DNA from: Planctomycetota bacterium
GTDB taxonomy: Bacteria > Planctomycetota > UBA1135 > UBA2386
Direction of reading: 5' to 3'
DNA: 64,000 nt
Assembly: GCA_046290465.1 (NCBI GenBank)
Contig: JBKAGP010000001.1
Coordinates: 128,001-192,000, forward strand
Shown: positions 51,003 through 60,622 of the stretch, piece by piece
How positions within the stretch are numbered: the first letter of the stretch is position 1
How the letters are laid out: the number at the start of each line of letters is the position of its first letter
Notes under the pieces: model-generated
Told to the model about the DNA's origin: nothing
Seen by the model: only the letters and a program-made list of their open reading frames with translations
Database searches by the model: none
Position numbers and translations under genes: made by a program

Positions 51003-51598
51003 GCAAGGCCTCCGACCTCGCCGAGCAGGTCGCCGAGCCGCACCGTCGCGCGGCCGATCAGCCGCCGGACCGACGTCGGGCTGGTGCCGATGCGCTCGGC
51101 GATCTCGGCGATTTCGCGGCCCTCGAAGTGGCGCATCAGCAGCACGTCACGTTCGTCTCCCGGCAGCGAGGTGATCGCCTCGGCCAGCCACGTGCGCCGT
51201 TCGCTGCGGCCGGCCTGCGTCAGCACGCCGGTCTGCTCGGCCTCAAGCCGGTCGATCAGCTGCGACACCCGCGCGAGTTCGCCGGGCGAGCGCTTCTTGG
51301 CGCCGTGGTATTCGGCGCGCGTGCGGATCTGGTTCTCGGCGATCTGGCACAGCCAGCGAACGAACGATCCGGGACCGCGATCCTCGAACCGACCGAACGC
51401 CTGGTGCGCGGCCAGGTAGGTCTCCTGCAGCAGGTCGCGCGACTCCTCGCGGCTGCGCAGCTGCTTGCCGAGCCGGACGCGCAGGTACAGTTCGAGCCGG
51501 GCCGCGGCGTGTTCGAACAGCTGGTCGTAGGCTTCGGGGTCGCCTTCCCTGGCGCGGGCCAGCAGCTGCAAGGTCTCTGGGTGGTCGTTGTGGGGCAT
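50999..51598 (-). CDS. ECF-type RNA polymerase sigma-70 factor (kinase-associated)
   Basis: [31 protein letters not shown] and region 4 [23 protein letters not shown] at 51598. Confidence 0.93.
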   Translation of the reverse strand: MPHNDHPETLQLLARAREGDPEAYDQLFEHAAARLELYLRVRLGKQLRSREESRDLLQETYLAAHQAFGRFEDRGPGSFVRWLCQIAENQIRTRAEYHGAKKRSPGELARVSQLIDRLEAEQTGVLTQAGRSERRTWLAEAITSLPGDERDVLLMRHFEGREIAEIAERIGTSPTSVRRLIGRATVRLGDLLGEVGGLA

Positions 51599-51608
51599 CG
51601 ACGTCGGG

Positions 51609-51651
51609 CTCCATTGTGCTAGGGGAAGTTGTCGCCGCCAGCGCCACGAAA
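51609..51651 (-). promoter_or_regulatory. Upstream/promoter element of the ECF-kinase operon, copy 1
   Basis: Minus strand reads CTGGCG-N17-CACAAT (sigma70-like spacing); shared with the 47222-47263 copy. Confidence 0.55.
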
Positions 51652-51689
51652 AAGCTGGCCCTGCCCGCCGCATCCGTCACGCTGTGGAC

Positions 51690-51968
51690 ATGACCAGCGC
51701 ATCCGCCCGTCACATCCTCGTCGACTCCGAGCAGCAGTGCCTCGATCTCAAGGCCCAGATCGAGGGCGGCGCCTCGTTCGAGGACCTCGCCAAGCAACAC
51801 TCGTCGTGCCCGTCCGGCGCCCGCGGCGGCGCGCTTGGCACGTTCAACCCGGGCCAGATGGTCAAGGAGTTCGACACCGTCGTGTTCAACGAAGCCGTCG
51901 GCGAAGTGCACGGGCCGGTGAAGACGCAGTTCGGCTACCACCTGATCGAGATCACCGAGCGTTCGTAG
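51690..51968 (+). CDS. ppiC: Parvulin-type peptidyl-prolyl isomerase
   Basis: ASARHILV, HSSCPSG..GG.LG.F.PGQMVKEFD and VKTQFGYHLI motifs. Confidence 0.95.
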   Translation: MTSASARHILVDSEQQCLDLKAQIEGGASFEDLAKQHSSCPSGARGGALGTFNPGQMVKEFDTVVFNEAVGEVHGPVKTQFGYHLIEITERS

Positions 51969-52114
51969 GCGGCAGCGGGGTTCGGCCCCCTCGCCGGCGG
52001 TCGGACCAGTCGATGTCCCAGCCGATGTCATCGTCGGCATGCCCGATCCGCGCGCTGCCGCCGTGCGCCGAGCCGCGGCTGGACGGCGCGCCGGTGCGAG
52101 CGCCCCGGTAGCGC

Positions 52115-54280
52115 TCAGAACCGCATCTCGTACTGCACCTTCACCGTGCCCGCCTGGCGCTGCGTGCGCCAGCGGTCGAACGGGTCGGTCGCGTCGCTGT
52201 TGTAGACGACGAACAGGCGGGCGACCGGGGTGATGTCCCAGCGCAGGCGGGTGTTGACGCCGAGCGAGTCGCTCTCGGTGTCGAACTGGGCGAACGTGGT
52301 CCAGGTGAGGTCCGGCGAGAACGTGAACTGCACCTCGACGCCGTAGAGGTCGGTGGCGAAGTCGCGGCCACCGACGCGGCCGCGGTTCCACTCGGCGCTG
52401 GCCTCGAGCGTGACCAGCGGGCCGAGGAACGTGCGCGTGCTCGCCTCGATCTGGTCGAGGTGGCCGTCGTAGAATTCGCCGCCGTTCCAGCCGAGCGAAC
52501 CGGTGACGGCGCGCTTGGTCGCGGTCGAGAAGAACGCGCCGTAGCGCAGCCACTCGTAGTCGCCGGCCGCGACGACCGCACCGTCGGAGAGGTCGAACGG
52601 CGCGTCCGGACGGTCGCCGACCGCCGACGTGATCAACGCAAACTCGTCGCCGCTCTCGAGCGTCACGTCGACCGGCGCGAACTCGACCTCGTAGCTCTGC
52701 CAGCGGTGCGACAGGTCGGTGAACAGCGACGCCTCGAACGCGAACACCTGCCGGCGCAGCCAGCCGTTCTGCGGCCGCCAGCCGTAGTCGGCGCCGAACC
52801 GGTGCTTGTAGACGCCGGGGCGCGGCACGAAGCCGAGCGACGGGTCGAAGTCCTCGTCGATGCGCCAGCTCTGCCAGACGATGTCCCAGTCGTCGTTGGG
52901 GTAGTCGACCTTGATGCCGTAGGCGCCGGGGTTGCCGTCGAGGTCGTCGCGACCCATCGTCAGCCCGAACACGCCGATCAGGAAGTTGCGGTCGCCGAAG
53001 AGCCGGGAGGTCTGGTAGGTCGCGTCGGCGCCGATCGTGTAGCTGCCGTCGCGGCCGAGCGGATCGCCTGTGGTCGCCAGGATGCCGACGTTGGACTCGG
53101 CCAGCACGTCCTGGCGCAGCCGCACCACGCCCATCGTCGACGCCGGCGCGAGGCCGTCCTCGCCGCCGGTGCGCGTCAGCAGCGCGCCGACGCTGGTGCC
53201 GCCGACGCGGCCGACGACCTTGCTGCCGAAGCGCAGCGGCACCGTGCGGCCGTCGACCAGCCCGATGCGGCGGCTCTGGAACGGCACGATGTTGCGCTGC
53301 AGGCCGAGGCCGAAGTCGAACGCGTCGGCGCCTTCGTAGAAGAACGGCCGGCGCTCGGGGAAGAACAGCGGGAAGCGCGTCAGGTTGATCTGGCGGCGGT
53401 CGACGTCGGCTTCGGCGAAGTCCGAGTTGACGGTGACGATCGCCGCCAGTTCGGGCGTGATCCGCAGCGAGGCGTCGAGGCTGCCGTCGAACTCGTCGCC
53501 GGTGTCCTCGACCGGGTCGTTGGACCGCACGCTGCGCGCGACCGCCGACGGCATCACCAGCACGCCGAGGCCGAGGTCGAACCGGGGCACGCCGACGATG
53601 TAGCCGGCGCGGCTGAGCTGGGTGACGCGCTGGTCGAGGCGTGGTGTCGACCAGCGGCTGCGCTCGAGCAGGCGCTGCACGCGCCGTTCGACGTTGAACT
53701 GCCAGCGGTCGGAGCTGCCGTCGAACACCAGGATCGCGACCGGCACGCGCACCTCGAGGGTCCAGCCGTCGGCGTCGACGTGGGTGCGCGCCTCCCAGGC
53801 GCCGTTCCAGTCCGGGTTCTCGGACTCGCCGCGGTCGGCGACCAGCGCGTCGTAGCGCGCGCCGCGCGGATTGACCGCGAGCACGTAGCCGGTGCGGCCG
53901 TCGGCGACCGGACCGAGCACGATCTTGACGTGGTCCTCGGAGCCGAGCTCGGCGTCGCGCGCCACCGCGAACGCCGACAGCTGGTCGGGGTCGTCATGGC
54001 AGCGCACGCCGATGTACAGGTTCTTGCGGTCGGCGAGCACGCGGATCTCGGTACCGACCGCGGGTGCTGCACCCTGCACCGGTTCGATCGCGGTCAGACC
54101 CGGGATCTTGTCGGCGCGTTGCCAGGCGGCTTCGTCGAGGCGGCCGTCGACGCGCATCGCCTCGGCGACGCCGACGCGCAGTTCGGGCGGCCGCTGCCCG
54201 GGTTGCTGTTGGGCGAGCGCCGGCGTCGTGCTGGCGAGCACCAGCGCGGCTGCGAAGCGGGTTCGGCCGAGGGACGTCAC
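52115..54280 (-). CDS. Outer-membrane protein with CBM9-like N-terminus and DUF5916-like beta-barrel
   Basis: GTG at 54280 and signal peptide; [37 protein letters not shown]-terminal YEMRF. Confidence 0.85.
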   Translation of the reverse strand: MTSLGRTRFAAALVLASTTPALAQQQPGQRPPELRVGVAEAMRVDGRLDEAAWQRADKIPGLTAIEPVQGAAPAVGTEIRVLADRKNLYIGVRCHDDPDQLSAFAVARDAELGSEDHVKIVLGPVADGRTGYVLAVNPRGARYDALVADRGESENPDWNGAWEARTHVDADGWTLEVRVPVAILVFDGSSDRWQFNVERRVQRLLERSRWSTPRLDQRVTQLSRAGYIVGVPRFDLGLGVLVMPSAVARSVRSNDPVEDTGDEFDGSLDASLRITPELAAIVTVNSDFAEADVDRRQINLTRFPLFFPERRPFFYEGADAFDFGLGLQRNIVPFQSRRIGLVDGRTVPLRFGSKVVGRVGGTSVGALLTRTGGEDGLAPASTMGVVRLRQDVLAESNVGILATTGDPLGRDGSYTIGADATYQTSRLFGDRNFLIGVFGLTMGRDDLDGNPGAYGIKVDYPNDDWDIVWQSWRIDEDFDPSLGFVPRPGVYKHRFGADYGWRPQNGWLRRQVFAFEASLFTDLSHRWQSYEVEFAPVDVTLESGDEFALITSAVGDRPDAPFDLSDGAVVAAGDYEWLRYGAFFSTATKRAVTGSLGWNGGEFYDGHLDQIEASTRTFLGPLVTLEASAEWNRGRVGGRDFATDLYGVEVQFTFSPDLTWTTFAQFDTESDSLGVNTRLRWDITPVARLFVVYNSDATDPFDRWRTQRQAGTVKVQYEMRF

Positions 54281-55230
54281 AGCTGCAACAGCGCCTCTCG
54301 CGTCATCCGCCGCGTGTAGCGATGGATCTTCCAGTGGTCGGGTGCCCAGCCGTCGAGGAAACGGTGGAAGTCCGCCCACGCCGCCGGATACAGCGCGCGC
54401 CACTCCCGCTCGAGTTGGTCCGCGTCGACGTCGCCGGGCAGGCGTGGGCGCAGCTCGGCGAAGTAGGTGTCGAGGTGGCGCTCGGCCTGCCGTTCGCACT
54501 GGTCGTCGTCGAGGCAGCTGCTGAGGAAGTAGGCGACGTCCTGGATGCCGCAGCCGCCGCCGACGTACTGGAAGTCGACCGCGGCGACGTCGTCGGCGGC
54601 GAAGCAGAAGTTGGCGACCTTGGCGTCGCCGTGCACGAGCGTGCGGTGGCGGCAGGTGCGCAGGGCCGCGTCGAGCGGCGCCGCGGCCCGCCGCAGTTCG
54701 TCGTCGCGCATCGCGGCGAGTTCGTCCTGGCGGGTGGCGAGGTGCCAGTAGGTGCCGTTCGGCCACAGGCCGGGCGGTGTCGGGCCGAGGTGCGCGGCGT
54801 GGAACGAGGCCAGCCAGCGCAGGCAGCGCTGCAGCTCGACGCCTTCGAGCCGTTGCCGCCGGCCGTCGTAGCCCGACGCGTCGAGGTCCTCGAGCAGCAG
54901 CAGGAAGCCGGTGTCGGTGCGTTTGGCGGCGTGGCAGCGCGCGGTGCGGTGGCTCGCACGCGGCTCGCGATCGAGGTAGAACGCGCGCTCGACCTCGTAC
55001 GAACGCAGCTTGCGCTGGTGCGAGGTGCGACCCGACCAACCGCGCGGGTGCTGCACGACCGACGGCGGCTGCACGTGCTTGACGATCGCGCTCGGCAGCG
55101 CTGCGCCGTCGAGCTGCACGCGCAGGATCTGGCCGTAGCCGGACCACAGCGTCTGCACCGTTTCCGCTGCGAGCACGCGGCCGCCGAGGTGGGCGGCGAT
55201 CCAGTCGGGCAGCATCGGGTCGTCGATCAT
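54277..55230 (-). CDS. Choline/ecdysteroid-kinase-like phosphotransferase (APH fold)
   Basis: [32 protein letters not shown] and VDFQYVGGG motifs. Confidence 0.88.
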   Translation of the reverse strand: MIDDPMLPDWIAAHLGGRVLAAETVQTLWSGYGQILRVQLDGAALPSAIVKHVQPPSVVQHPRGWSGRTSHQRKLRSYEVERAFYLDREPRASHRTARCHAAKRTDTGFLLLLEDLDASGYDGRRQRLEGVELQRCLRWLASFHAAHLGPTPPGLWPNGTYWHLATRQDELAAMRDDELRRAAAPLDAALRTCRHRTLVHGDAKVANFCFAADDVAAVDFQYVGGGCGIQDVAYFLSSCLDDDQCERQAERHLDTYFAELRPRLPGDVDADQLEREWRALYPAAWADFHRFLDGWAPDHWKIHRYTRRMTREALLQL

Positions 55231-55326
55231 GCGCGACGCATCATCTGGCCACGGGCGCGGCTGGCAACCGCGTTCCGGGGCACGGGCGAACGTGGCGGGC
55301 TCGTCGCGTGCGTGGGGCCCTGCCGC

Positions 55327-56670
55327 TCAGGCCGACGGCTGGGGCGTCGGCGTCGCGTCGCGCTGGCCACGGCCGCTGCGCCAAAGCCACCAGGTCTGCG
55401 CCAGTCCGGCGACGGTGAACGCGAGCAGCGTCACCTGGATGCCCGGCAGGTCCTGCAGCCAGCGCATGCCGGCGAGCAGGCACACGGTGCAGACCGCGAG
55501 GTAGAGCACCACCGCCTCGGTGATCGGGCGCGTGCGCTTGTGGTGCACCATCCGGCCCTGCAGGTAGTTCTGCGCGACCGAGTAGATCGGCATCGCGAGT
55601 GCCAGCGGCAGCGACGTGCAGGCCAGCGCGGTCAGCTCGGTGGACAGCCCGCTGACCTTCGCGAACCAGACGCCGCCGAGCGGGGTCAGCGCGAGCAGCG
55701 TAAGCACCGCGGTGGTCACCGAGGCGATGCCGACCCCGACGCGGTACAGCGCGCGGCCGCCGCCCGGCTCGCCGGCCAGCGACACGACCACCTCGTTGAA
55801 CGCGAAGCCGGCGCTGCGCGACAGGAACACGATGCCGTAGACGGCCGGCCAGGCGGCCAGCGACTGCAGCGGGGCGTGCATCTTACTCATCGCCCACGAA
55901 CCGATCGGCTGGATCACGATGGTGATGATCGGCGTGAACGCCAGCGGCGTGTAGAACGCGGCGAACGCGCGCCAGCTGATGAGCTCGCCGTCGGGTTCCG
56001 CCGGCAGCTTCGGGCGCGCCGCGCGACGGAACGACCAGCCGGCCCACGCGGCTTCGGCCAGCACGCCGCACGAGATCGCGGCGGCGCCGACGACGATGCC
56101 GGGCCAGGTGCCGACCGCGAGGCCGAGCAGCAGCACCAGCACGTTCGCGACCAGGCGCACGATGGTGCCGACGCCGACCAGGTCGGAGCGGCCGCAGCGG
56201 ATCAGCACGCCCTGCTGGAAGCGGCGGTAGCCGATCGCCCAGGTCCACGGCGTCATCAGCATCATGCCGATCCGGCCGGGCTCGACGATCGCCGCCGGCA
56301 CGCCGATCACGTCGCGCACGATGACGTCGTAGAGCGGCGTGAACGCGACCGCGACGTGCACGATCGTCAGCAGCAGCGAGGCCAGGTGCGCGAACCGCAG
56401 CAGCCGGGCGTGGGTCGCGAGGTCTTTGACCAGCGCCGTCGATGCCGCGAGCAGCATGATGATCGGCGCCTCGATCAGGATCGACAGCGGGTAGACCAGC
56501 GCGCCGATCGCGGCGAGGTGCGGCTCGCCGCCCGGCATGCGCGTCATCGCCGCCGTCAGCATCGGCATCTCGACGCCCATCAGCAGCCAGCTGCCGGCGA
56601 GCGGCCACCACAGGGTGAGCACGCGGCGGGCGGTGACGGGGGCGGCGGAGTTGCGGGGGGCGGCGGTCAC
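55327..56670 (-). CDS. MATE/ANKH-like polytopic membrane transporter
   Basis: About 12 TM segments in two pseudo-repeated halves (WWPLAGSW.. / FYTPLAFT..; RRFQQG / QNYLQG). Confidence 0.7.
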   Translation of the reverse strand: MTAAPRNSAAPVTARRVLTLWWPLAGSWLLMGVEMPMLTAAMTRMPGGEPHLAAIGALVYPLSILIEAPIIMLLAASTALVKDLATHARLLRFAHLASLLLTIVHVAVAFTPLYDVIVRDVIGVPAAIVEPGRIGMMLMTPWTWAIGYRRFQQGVLIRCGRSDLVGVGTIVRLVANVLVLLLGLAVGTWPGIVVGAAAISCGVLAEAAWAGWSFRRAARPKLPAEPDGELISWRAFAAFYTPLAFTPIITIVIQPIGSWAMSKMHAPLQSLAAWPAVYGIVFLSRSAGFAFNEVVVSLAGEPGGGRALYRVGVGIASVTTAVLTLLALTPLGGVWFAKVSGLSTELTALACTSLPLALAMPIYSVAQNYLQGRMVHHKRTRPITEAVVLYLAVCTVCLLAGMRWLQDLPGIQVTLLAFTVAGLAQTWWLWRSGRGQRDATPTPQPSA

Positions 56671-56775
56671 GGCGGCGGCACGTCATAGCCCCTGCGCGGT
56701 CGGGCACGAGGGCAATTCCGCGTCGCTCGGTGAGGTCGTGCCTGGCGACGCCGTCGGTGTCGCCGGCGAGGCGCG

Positions 56776-58764
56776 TTACCGGCGGCCGCTCCAGCGCAGC
56801 ATCTGGTCGGCGAGGTCGAGGCAGTGCACGGCCTCGACGTCGGTGACGTCACCGTCGGCGTTGCGGACCAGGCGCAGTTCCGGCTGCACGAAGCCGGTGA
56901 CCGAGGGCAGGTCGAGGTCCGCGATGCGCGCCAGCACCTGCTGGTGCAGCGCGCGGTCGATCCTGGTGCCGTAGGTCTCGACCAGCGCCTTGCCGGCGGC
57001 GAAGTCGCCGGTCGCCTTGATCCGCATCAGCTCGCCGAGCAGTTCGCCGCAGCCTTGCCGGAACCGTTCGGCGGAGTCGACCACGTAGAACGTCTTGCCG
57101 TCCCGCTCCTCGACGTGCACGCCGTAGCCCTTGTCGAGCAGCCACAGCACGATCAGCTGGCGGTTGCGCATGTGGTCCTCCTCGACCCGTTCGCCGAGCG
57201 GCACGCGCCGCAGCTGCACCAGCGCGTTGCGCGCGTAGGCCTCGTACTTGGCGAGCACCGCGTCGTCGTTGGGCACCAGCCCCATGTCCTTGCACTTCTG
57301 GTCGGCGCACCAGTAGAGGCCGACCAGGTCGGCGCGGCCCTCTTCGAGCGTGCTGTAGTAGAGGCCGAGGCGCTGGGCCGGGTTGGGGATCTCGGGGTTC
57401 ACCTGGCCCGATGCATGGCCGACGACCTCGTGCAGGTTGGTGTGCAGGTCGTCCATCGAGGCCGCGTAGAGGCGCGCGCGGGCGGCCTCCTCCGGCGTGA
57501 ACGAGAACTCGTCGAGGCTGCCGGCGGCCTTGACCAGGTTGTAGGTCTCGACCACGTTGGCGAGGTTGACCGACTTGCTGCCGTACTGCTGGCGCACGTC
57601 GGCCTCGTTGGGCAGGTTGATGCCGATCGGCGTGATCGGGCCGGAGTCGCCGGTCTCGGTGACGACCGAGATCGCGCGCGCCGAGATGCCCTTGACGTCC
57701 TGCTTCTTGAACTCGTCGGCCCACGGCATGCGCTGTTCGAACCACGGCGCCTCGACCGCCAGCTCGGCGATCGCGCGGGTCTTGTGCTCGTCGCGGAAGC
57801 TGATCACCGACTCCCATGAGCCCTTGATGCCGCGCGCGTCGAGGTAGACCTCGACGAAGCCGAGGATGAAGTCGATGCGGCTGTCGTTGTCCTGCACCCA
57901 CGCAATGTTGAACTCGCGCCAGTCGTTCAGGTCGCCGGTCTGGTTGTAGCGGATCAGCTTCTTCAGGGCCTTCTCGGTCGGCGCCGGCGCGAACGGCAGC
58001 GCGCGCGTCAGGTGCTCGTTGATCGCGTTCAGTTCGGCGGCGTAGCGGCCGGGCGGGATGGTGGCGCCGTCGCCGCAGCGGTAGACCTCCTCGATCAGTC
58101 GGCCGTCGGTCTTGACGAGCCGCGAGTTGAGGCCGTTGTGCTCCTCGAAGCCCTCGAGGTCGGCGGTGGTGACGCCGACGTAGAGGTTGTTGGCGCTCTG
58201 CACCAGCGGGTCGTTGCCGTGCTCGGTGCTCTTGTCGGTGACCGACAGGTCGGAGTCCATGTCCGTCATCACCTCGTAGGCGTGGCGGACGTCGCGCAGC
58301 GTGCGCAGCTGCTGCCGGCCCATCGCGTGGCCGGCCGCGACCGCGGTGTTGCACGCGGTTTCGAACTGCTCGAAGGTGAGCTGCAGCGGCACCTTCTTGG
58401 TGGTCAGGTTGTCGTGGATGCCGGAGTGCACCCAGAACAGCTTGCAGTAGCGCTCGACCTCGTCGCGCACCTCGGCCGGGAAGTCGGCGCGCACCAGCCA
58501 CAGCGACTCCAGGATCCAGCGCAGGCCGAGCGTGTGCTGGTAGCGCTGGTCGAGGAAGATGTCGCGGCCGGCGATGGCGGCCTGCGACAGGTGGTAGGCG
58601 AGCATCTTGTCGCGCAGCGGCAGCTCCTCGAAGCCGTCGGCGTAGAGCTGCACGACGACGGTCTTGTCGACGCGGTCGAGCTGGACCTTGCGGGCGGGGC
58701 CGGACTGGCACGCGGTCAGCGCGGCCAGCACGGCGAGAGATGCGAGGTGGGGGGGCTTGTTCAT
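56776..58764 (-). CDS. Dipeptidyl peptidase III (peptidase M49), lipoprotein
   Basis: Start MNKPPHLASLAVLAALTAC; GINLPN, HEVVGH zinc motif and EEGRAD. Confidence 0.92.
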   Translation of the reverse strand: MNKPPHLASLAVLAALTACQSGPARKVQLDRVDKTVVVQLYADGFEELPLRDKMLAYHLSQAAIAGRDIFLDQRYQHTLGLRWILESLWLVRADFPAEVRDEVERYCKLFWVHSGIHDNLTTKKVPLQLTFEQFETACNTAVAAGHAMGRQQLRTLRDVRHAYEVMTDMDSDLSVTDKSTEHGNDPLVQSANNLYVGVTTADLEGFEEHNGLNSRLVKTDGRLIEEVYRCGDGATIPPGRYAAELNAINEHLTRALPFAPAPTEKALKKLIRYNQTGDLNDWREFNIAWVQDNDSRIDFILGFVEVYLDARGIKGSWESVISFRDEHKTRAIAELAVEAPWFEQRMPWADEFKKQDVKGISARAISVVTETGDSGPITPIGINLPNEADVRQQYGSKSVNLANVVETYNLVKAAGSLDEFSFTPEEAARARLYAASMDDLHTNLHEVVGHASGQVNPEIPNPAQRLGLYYSTLEEGRADLVGLYWCADQKCKDMGLVPNDDAVLAKYEAYARNALVQLRRVPLGERVEEDHMRNRQLIVLWLLDKGYGVHVEERDGKTFYVVDSAERFRQGCGELLGELMRIKATGDFAAGKALVETYGTRIDRALHQQVLARIADLDLPSVTGFVQPELRLVRNADGDVTDVEAVHCLDLADQMLRWSGRR

Positions 58765-58822
58765 GATCTCCGGTCGGCGAGCATAGCCGTGCCCGTACCA
58801 GAACCCGAAGCCGACCAACCGA

Positions 58823-60199
58823 ATGCCCCGCACGCTCCCGACGTTGCTCACCGCGGCCTGCCTGTCGCCGCTGCTCCCCGCCCAGTCGTGGAACCAGGTC
58901 GCCACGGCCAGCAACCCCGGCCAGATCCGGGACGCCGCGATGGCGTTCCATTCGGCGAGCGGCGAGGCCGTGTTGTTCGGCGGCTGGCCGGCGCTCGGCG
59001 CCACCTGGGAGTTCGACGGCAGCAGCTGGAGCAACGCCAACCCGATCGGTTCGCCGCCCGGCCGCCGCGAGTTCGCGATGGTCGAGGACACGCAGCGAGG
59101 CCGCCTGGTGATGTTCGGTGGCCAGGGCAGCTCCGGCCTGCTGGCCGACACGTGGGAGTACAACGGCAGCGTCTGGACCAACGTCACGCCGGCGACGAGC
59201 CCGCCGGCGCGGCTTGGCCACACCATGGCCTACGACGTGCAGCGCGGCGTCACCGTGCTGTTCGGTGGCACGCCCAACGCCAACCTGCCGCCGAACTTCA
59301 CCGACACGTGGGAGTGGGACGGCAGCAGCTGGACCCAGGTGGCGACGGCCAACGCGCCGTTCGAGCCGGTCTACGCGAGCATGTGCTACGACGTCGTGCG
59401 CGGCGTCTGCGTGCTGACCGGCGGCACCAGCCTGTTCGGTGCACCCGACCAGCGCACGTGGGAGTACGACGGCGTCGACTGGACCGACCGCACCAACGTG
59501 GTCGGCACCGCGCCGACCTCGATCCCGGGCCTCGGGGTGCAGCAGGCGCAGATGGTCTACGACCAGGCGCGCGGCGTCTGCGTGCACTACGGCGGCCGCA
59601 CGCCGAACGGCACGTTCTCGACCGAGACGTGGGAGTACGACGGCGCGGCGTGGACGCAGGTCGGCAGCGGCACGCCGTCGTCGCGCAGCCGCTTCGCGAT
59701 GGCGTTCGACAGCAGCCGCGGCGTCGCCGTGCTCTACGGCGGCATCAGCGGCAACTTCCAGACCTGGTTCACCGAGACGTTCGAGTACGCGGCCGGCGTG
59801 CCGGCGGACTACCAAGTGTTCGGCGGTGGCTGCGCCGGCTCGCAGGGCGTGCCGAGCAACAGCGCGTCGCAGCTGCCGGTGCTCGGCCAGTCGCTGGTCG
59901 TCGACATCGGCAACATGCCGGCGCCCGAAGTGATGGCGCTGGTGTTCGGCCTGAGCACCGTGACGCCGGCCGTCGACCTCGGCTTCCTCGGTGCGCCCGG
60001 CTGCCCCGCGCGGGTGTCGCCGGACGTGCTCGTCGCGGTGACCGGCGGGGCCGGCACCGCGAGCTACACGCTGCCGATCCCCAACAACCCGGCGCTGATG
60101 GCCGCCGAACTGCACACCCAGGCGGTCGTGCTCGAGGCCGCCGCCAACGCCTTCGGCGCGATCGTCTCGAACGCCGCCACCGCCACCCTCGGCACCTGA
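58823..60199 (+). CDS. Secreted Kelch-like beta-propeller protein with conserved C-terminal domain
   Basis: Six repeats of MAYD..RG..VLFGG..TWEYDG..W; signal peptide. Confidence 0.88.
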   Translation: MPRTLPTLLTAACLSPLLPAQSWNQVATASNPGQIRDAAMAFHSASGEAVLFGGWPALGATWEFDGSSWSNANPIGSPPGRREFAMVEDTQRGRLVMFGGQGSSGLLADTWEYNGSVWTNVTPATSPPARLGHTMAYDVQRGVTVLFGGTPNANLPPNFTDTWEWDGSSWTQVATANAPFEPVYASMCYDVVRGVCVLTGGTSLFGAPDQRTWEYDGVDWTDRTNVVGTAPTSIPGLGVQQAQMVYDQARGVCVHYGGRTPNGTFSTETWEYDGAAWTQVGSGTPSSRSRFAMAFDSSRGVAVLYGGISGNFQTWFTETFEYAAGVPADYQVFGGGCAGSQGVPSNSASQLPVLGQSLVVDIGNMPAPEVMALVFGLSTVTPAVDLGFLGAPGCPARVSPDVLVAVTGGAGTASYTLPIPNNPALMAAELHTQAVVLEAAANAFGAIVSNAATATLGT

Positions 60200-60289
60200 C
60201 CCCGCATACCGAACCCGGTTCAGGCTGCGCCACTTGCTGCCGCATACCGAACCCCGCATACCGAACCCGGTTCAGGTTGCGCCATTTGC
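60199..60289 (+). repeat. Two ~39-bp direct repeats plus a partial third copy (REP-like)
   Basis: ACCCCGCATACCGAACCCGGTTCAGGYTGCGCCAYTTGC at 60199 and 60251, with CCGCATACCGA between them. Confidence 0.8.
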
Positions 60290-60622
60290 CACGGCCGGGG
60301 CTGCGTGCGCGTCCACGGCTCGTCGGCGCGGCCGCGCGCGATTCGTCGACGTTCCGCTGCTGGGTGTCGGCGTTTTTTGCAGGCAGACTTCGGGGCCGCA
60401 GCGACGTGCTGCAATGGCCGCATTGGCGCCGTGCCTCTGCTGCGATGGGGATCCGCGGTGTTTCTCGCCGCCGTAAGTGAGCCGTTGCCAGGGGTCTAGC
60501 GGCACGCCCGGGCGAACTGGCGGATTGACGGAGCCAGGTTTTTGGGGGAGCCTTCTGCCGTGCCCACCGGACTCGGTGCGGCACAATCACGTCTCTGTAT
60601 CTCGTTTCTCAGAACGAACACC

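Noticed and set aside
60470..60622. Riboswitch (e.g. c-di-GMP-I) in the leader of the PKD gene
   Set aside because: Lacks the GGCAAA..GAAA..GACGCAAAGC core; only a weak hairpin is present.
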